A stretch of 63,847 nucleotides of DNA, filler included, from Octopus bimaculoides (taxonomy: Eukaryota), in the NCBI RefSeq assembly GCF_001194135.2. It is 8 parts of 5 records of this genome, joined end to end, with 100 filler letters (N's around TTAATTAATTAA, not from the genome) between each part and the next. Parts side by side here need not be neighbours in the genome. Positions count along the whole stretch, not along the records: positions 56,345 to 62,634 come from NC_068990.1; positions 62,735 to 63,847 come from NW_026395442.1; 6 more parts are not named here. One strand, written 5' to 3'. Both the position numbers and the translations under genes were made by a program. This document shows, piece by piece, positions 61,008 through 63,847 of the stretch. A model generated the notes under the pieces. The model saw only the letters and a program-made list of their open reading frames with translations. It had not been told where the DNA came from and did not search any database. Positions within the stretch are counted from its first letter, which is position 1. Each line of letters opens with the position of its first letter.

Positions 61008-63847
61008 ATTACAATTTTAAACCCTTTAGTGTTCTGATTATTCTGTCAAATGTAATGTTTATTCATTTACATTGTTTTGAATTAATCATGTATTATCTCA
61101 TAGAATTGAGACCTCTATGATATGTTTGTTTATTTTTAGAGTGACATTGTAGGGTTGGTGTGAGAAGCAAGATATGATCACTTTCAACATAAATCAAGTG
61201 GAATATTTGGGCTGGATACAGCTGGTTTAAATGCTAAAGCATTAAACAACAAATGGTTATGAGGATCCATCCTAGAAAAAAAAGGAATCAAAGCGGTTTG
61301 TGGTTGCGAAACACTGTTGTAGATGATTCTAGATATTAGCATAAAATCTGTTCTCAGGAAAATTGTTGGCTATAAAACAAAACTCACTTTATAATTGTTC
61401 CTTATATGTAAGGGAGTAAATTAAAACCCATGGTGTCTTATAAATGAAGAAAACAACAGCTCAAAGAAAATTTTCCAAATAGAGACATCAGCAGAAAAAT
61501 CAATTGATGGATGAAAATGGTTGAAAACTTTGATTACAAAAGATAAGAAAGGGAAGATTTCTACCCTTTGTGTCCATCTAAAAGACTATTGTTAAAGCTA
61601 TTCGTGAAACTAAGATTGACATTGTAGTTATTTCTAGTAGGTTAAAGAGAAACTTGCAGCTATTTGATGTTAATAATTAAGAAGCCATTTAAAGACAGAG
61701 TAAGTTAAAAAGATAGAATGATGGAATAACACTTTGGTCAGTAAGTGTTATTTCCTGTTTGCTTCTATCTAGAAATCAAAAGAAATGACTGCTATTCCTT
61801 TCAAACGTTACTTTTCTCACCTGGACATCAATGCTTTGAAACTGACCTATTTTCCATTACATTTCAGACAGATTCACCAATGAGTTGCTAAAGCAGAAAT
61901 ATCATTATAACAAATATTCTGCTCAATACCATAGCTTTGCTTGTCAGTTGCTTGATCTTAACCACTTGAGCATGTTTCTTAGTGGCTGACAATATGTGCA
62001 TCTCTGATCATGAGCAGGAGTAGTGGGGGAGCATCATAGCCATGTGTTGAGAGGGACTCTTTGGGGCTTTGAATAAATATTACAAAAGCAAAGTTATCAT
62101 ACTTTCTAAAGGTAAGCAAGCAGGAAATAACAGTTGCTACCCAAGGACAAACATCGTGTTACACAGTGTAATTAATGGGGAGAAAATATTCAGAAAGTTT
62201 GGTCTGTGTGTCTTCTTTGTGTGTGGTATGTTTTTGGGATAAAGAGATATGGGAAGATATAGATAAGGAAATTGTTTTGAAATCTCTTAAGAAATATAAG
62301 ATTTCATGTGCTGTACAGACTTACAAGATAATGCCTTCGAGGATGATGGTGATGATGATGATGATGATGATAATGATGATGATGATGATGATGATAATGA
62401 TGTAGATAATATTAATGAAGAAACTGCCAGTAATGATAACAATAATAGGAAAGAAGCTTTTGACTACTGAAAGTTATGGATTAATATTTAATAGTTGTAA
62501 TAACATGTGCTTTTCATTAAAGAGACTTTGGCTTCAAGAGGTGACAGAAAAATATTGGTAAAGGAAAGGCAATGCAAAATCTCTTAAGAGAAATGTGAGA
62601 TTTCAAGTGCCATGGATGACACAGAAGATTACATNNNNNNNNNNNNNNNNNNNNNNNNNNNNNNNNNNNNNNNNNNNNTTAATTAATTAANNNNNNNNNN
62701 NNNNNNNNNNNNNNNNNNNNNNNNNNNNNNNNNNTATATGCATATGCATGCATGTATGTAGCAATTTTAAGAATTAGTTGCTCATCCACCCACGCTGATG
62801 CACTCAGAAATAATCAAATGTACAAATGCACACACACAGACACATAAATGTATATAAAACTTACATACACATGCATAAATTATTTTATTTACATCATTTC
62901 TTCCCGCATTTTCTTTTAATTTCGACCAATTAGATTTCTTTACCTTACCTCTTACCCCCAGCCCACTCTATCTCAATTTTCTTCAGTTTCTTCAGATTAA
63001 AACTTTTTCTGTCTTGTAATTGACTTAATGTCATTCATTTAGAGACTATTACAAAACAATCACATCGCATTTGATTCCAGTGGGCAGCACAGAAAATTAG
63101 CTTTAATGTTTGAAAAATTCTGTTCTTTAAAATTGCTCCTCTAATCAGTATCATTACACATGTCTTTTTCTTGTTTTCTGTTCTTGTTAACGAAGATACA
63201 AAAATGTCATATAATGACACAGTTCCCAAATAGCAATTCCCAGTATTTTAAATTTTATATTTTTCTTTAAAGAAATTCCAAAACAGGCCAAAATATGAAA
63301 ACAATTAAATTATTAATTTGATCCCAAATGGAAGTTTTTTGTTTTTTGTTTTAATTATTGGATGTACTAATTTTCCATATCGGTTGGTATCAATCAAGTA
63401 CAAGATGGTAACAATAAACAGCTTAAAATAATGTATTGCGATATGAAAATTGTTAATTAGCCGTTGCTGTCATGTTGGAGAGTATCAAGTACATGCAACT
63501 GACGAAATGTTTTTAGAAAGGTTCCTATTGATTTCTATAAATGTCTCTTTAAAGATATTTTTCATTACACCGCACGCGTGGACACACACGCACACACACA
63601 CACACACACACACGCACACACACACACACACACATACACACACACACACATACAGACACACACCCACAGACATACACACACACACAAAAATGCAGGTATG
63701 TATATAAATAACAGACAGAAAAAAAATACTTTTAAAATATAACCTAAAATAAATGTTTATATATGTATGTATTTATAGGCTCAGATTAGCGACAGGAATA
63801 AGACAGAACACAAATTAATTTTAAAATGCAGTTATTAGTCAGACACT

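Overview
AT-rich, gap-ridden eukaryotic (animal) sequence made almost entirely of microsatellites and decayed transposable elements. The SINE families, RTE tails and microsatellite load look like an octopus genome; this is an inference from repeat recognition, not a database result. No intact host protein-coding gene, rRNA or CRISPR array is supported, and most listed ORFs are microsatellite or N-gap artefacts. Recognisable content: tRNA-derived SINEs of about three modular families; Penelope-like (PLE) RT and GIY-YIG fragments; RTE, R4/Dong-like and CR1-like LINE pieces; an ORF1-only L1/Tx1-like element nested in a SINE nested in a hAT fossil; two Ty3/Gypsy fragments; mariner, hAT and Helitron remnants; and an inverted pair of tRNA-Thr-like units. 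The most notable signal is a dispersed set of minimal type I hammerhead ribozyme motifs with near-palindromic stem III (two complete, three partial or degenerate). Three of them end in (TA)n, and two lie in inverted orientation next to or near PLE RT fragments. All folds, alignments and translations were done by eye.
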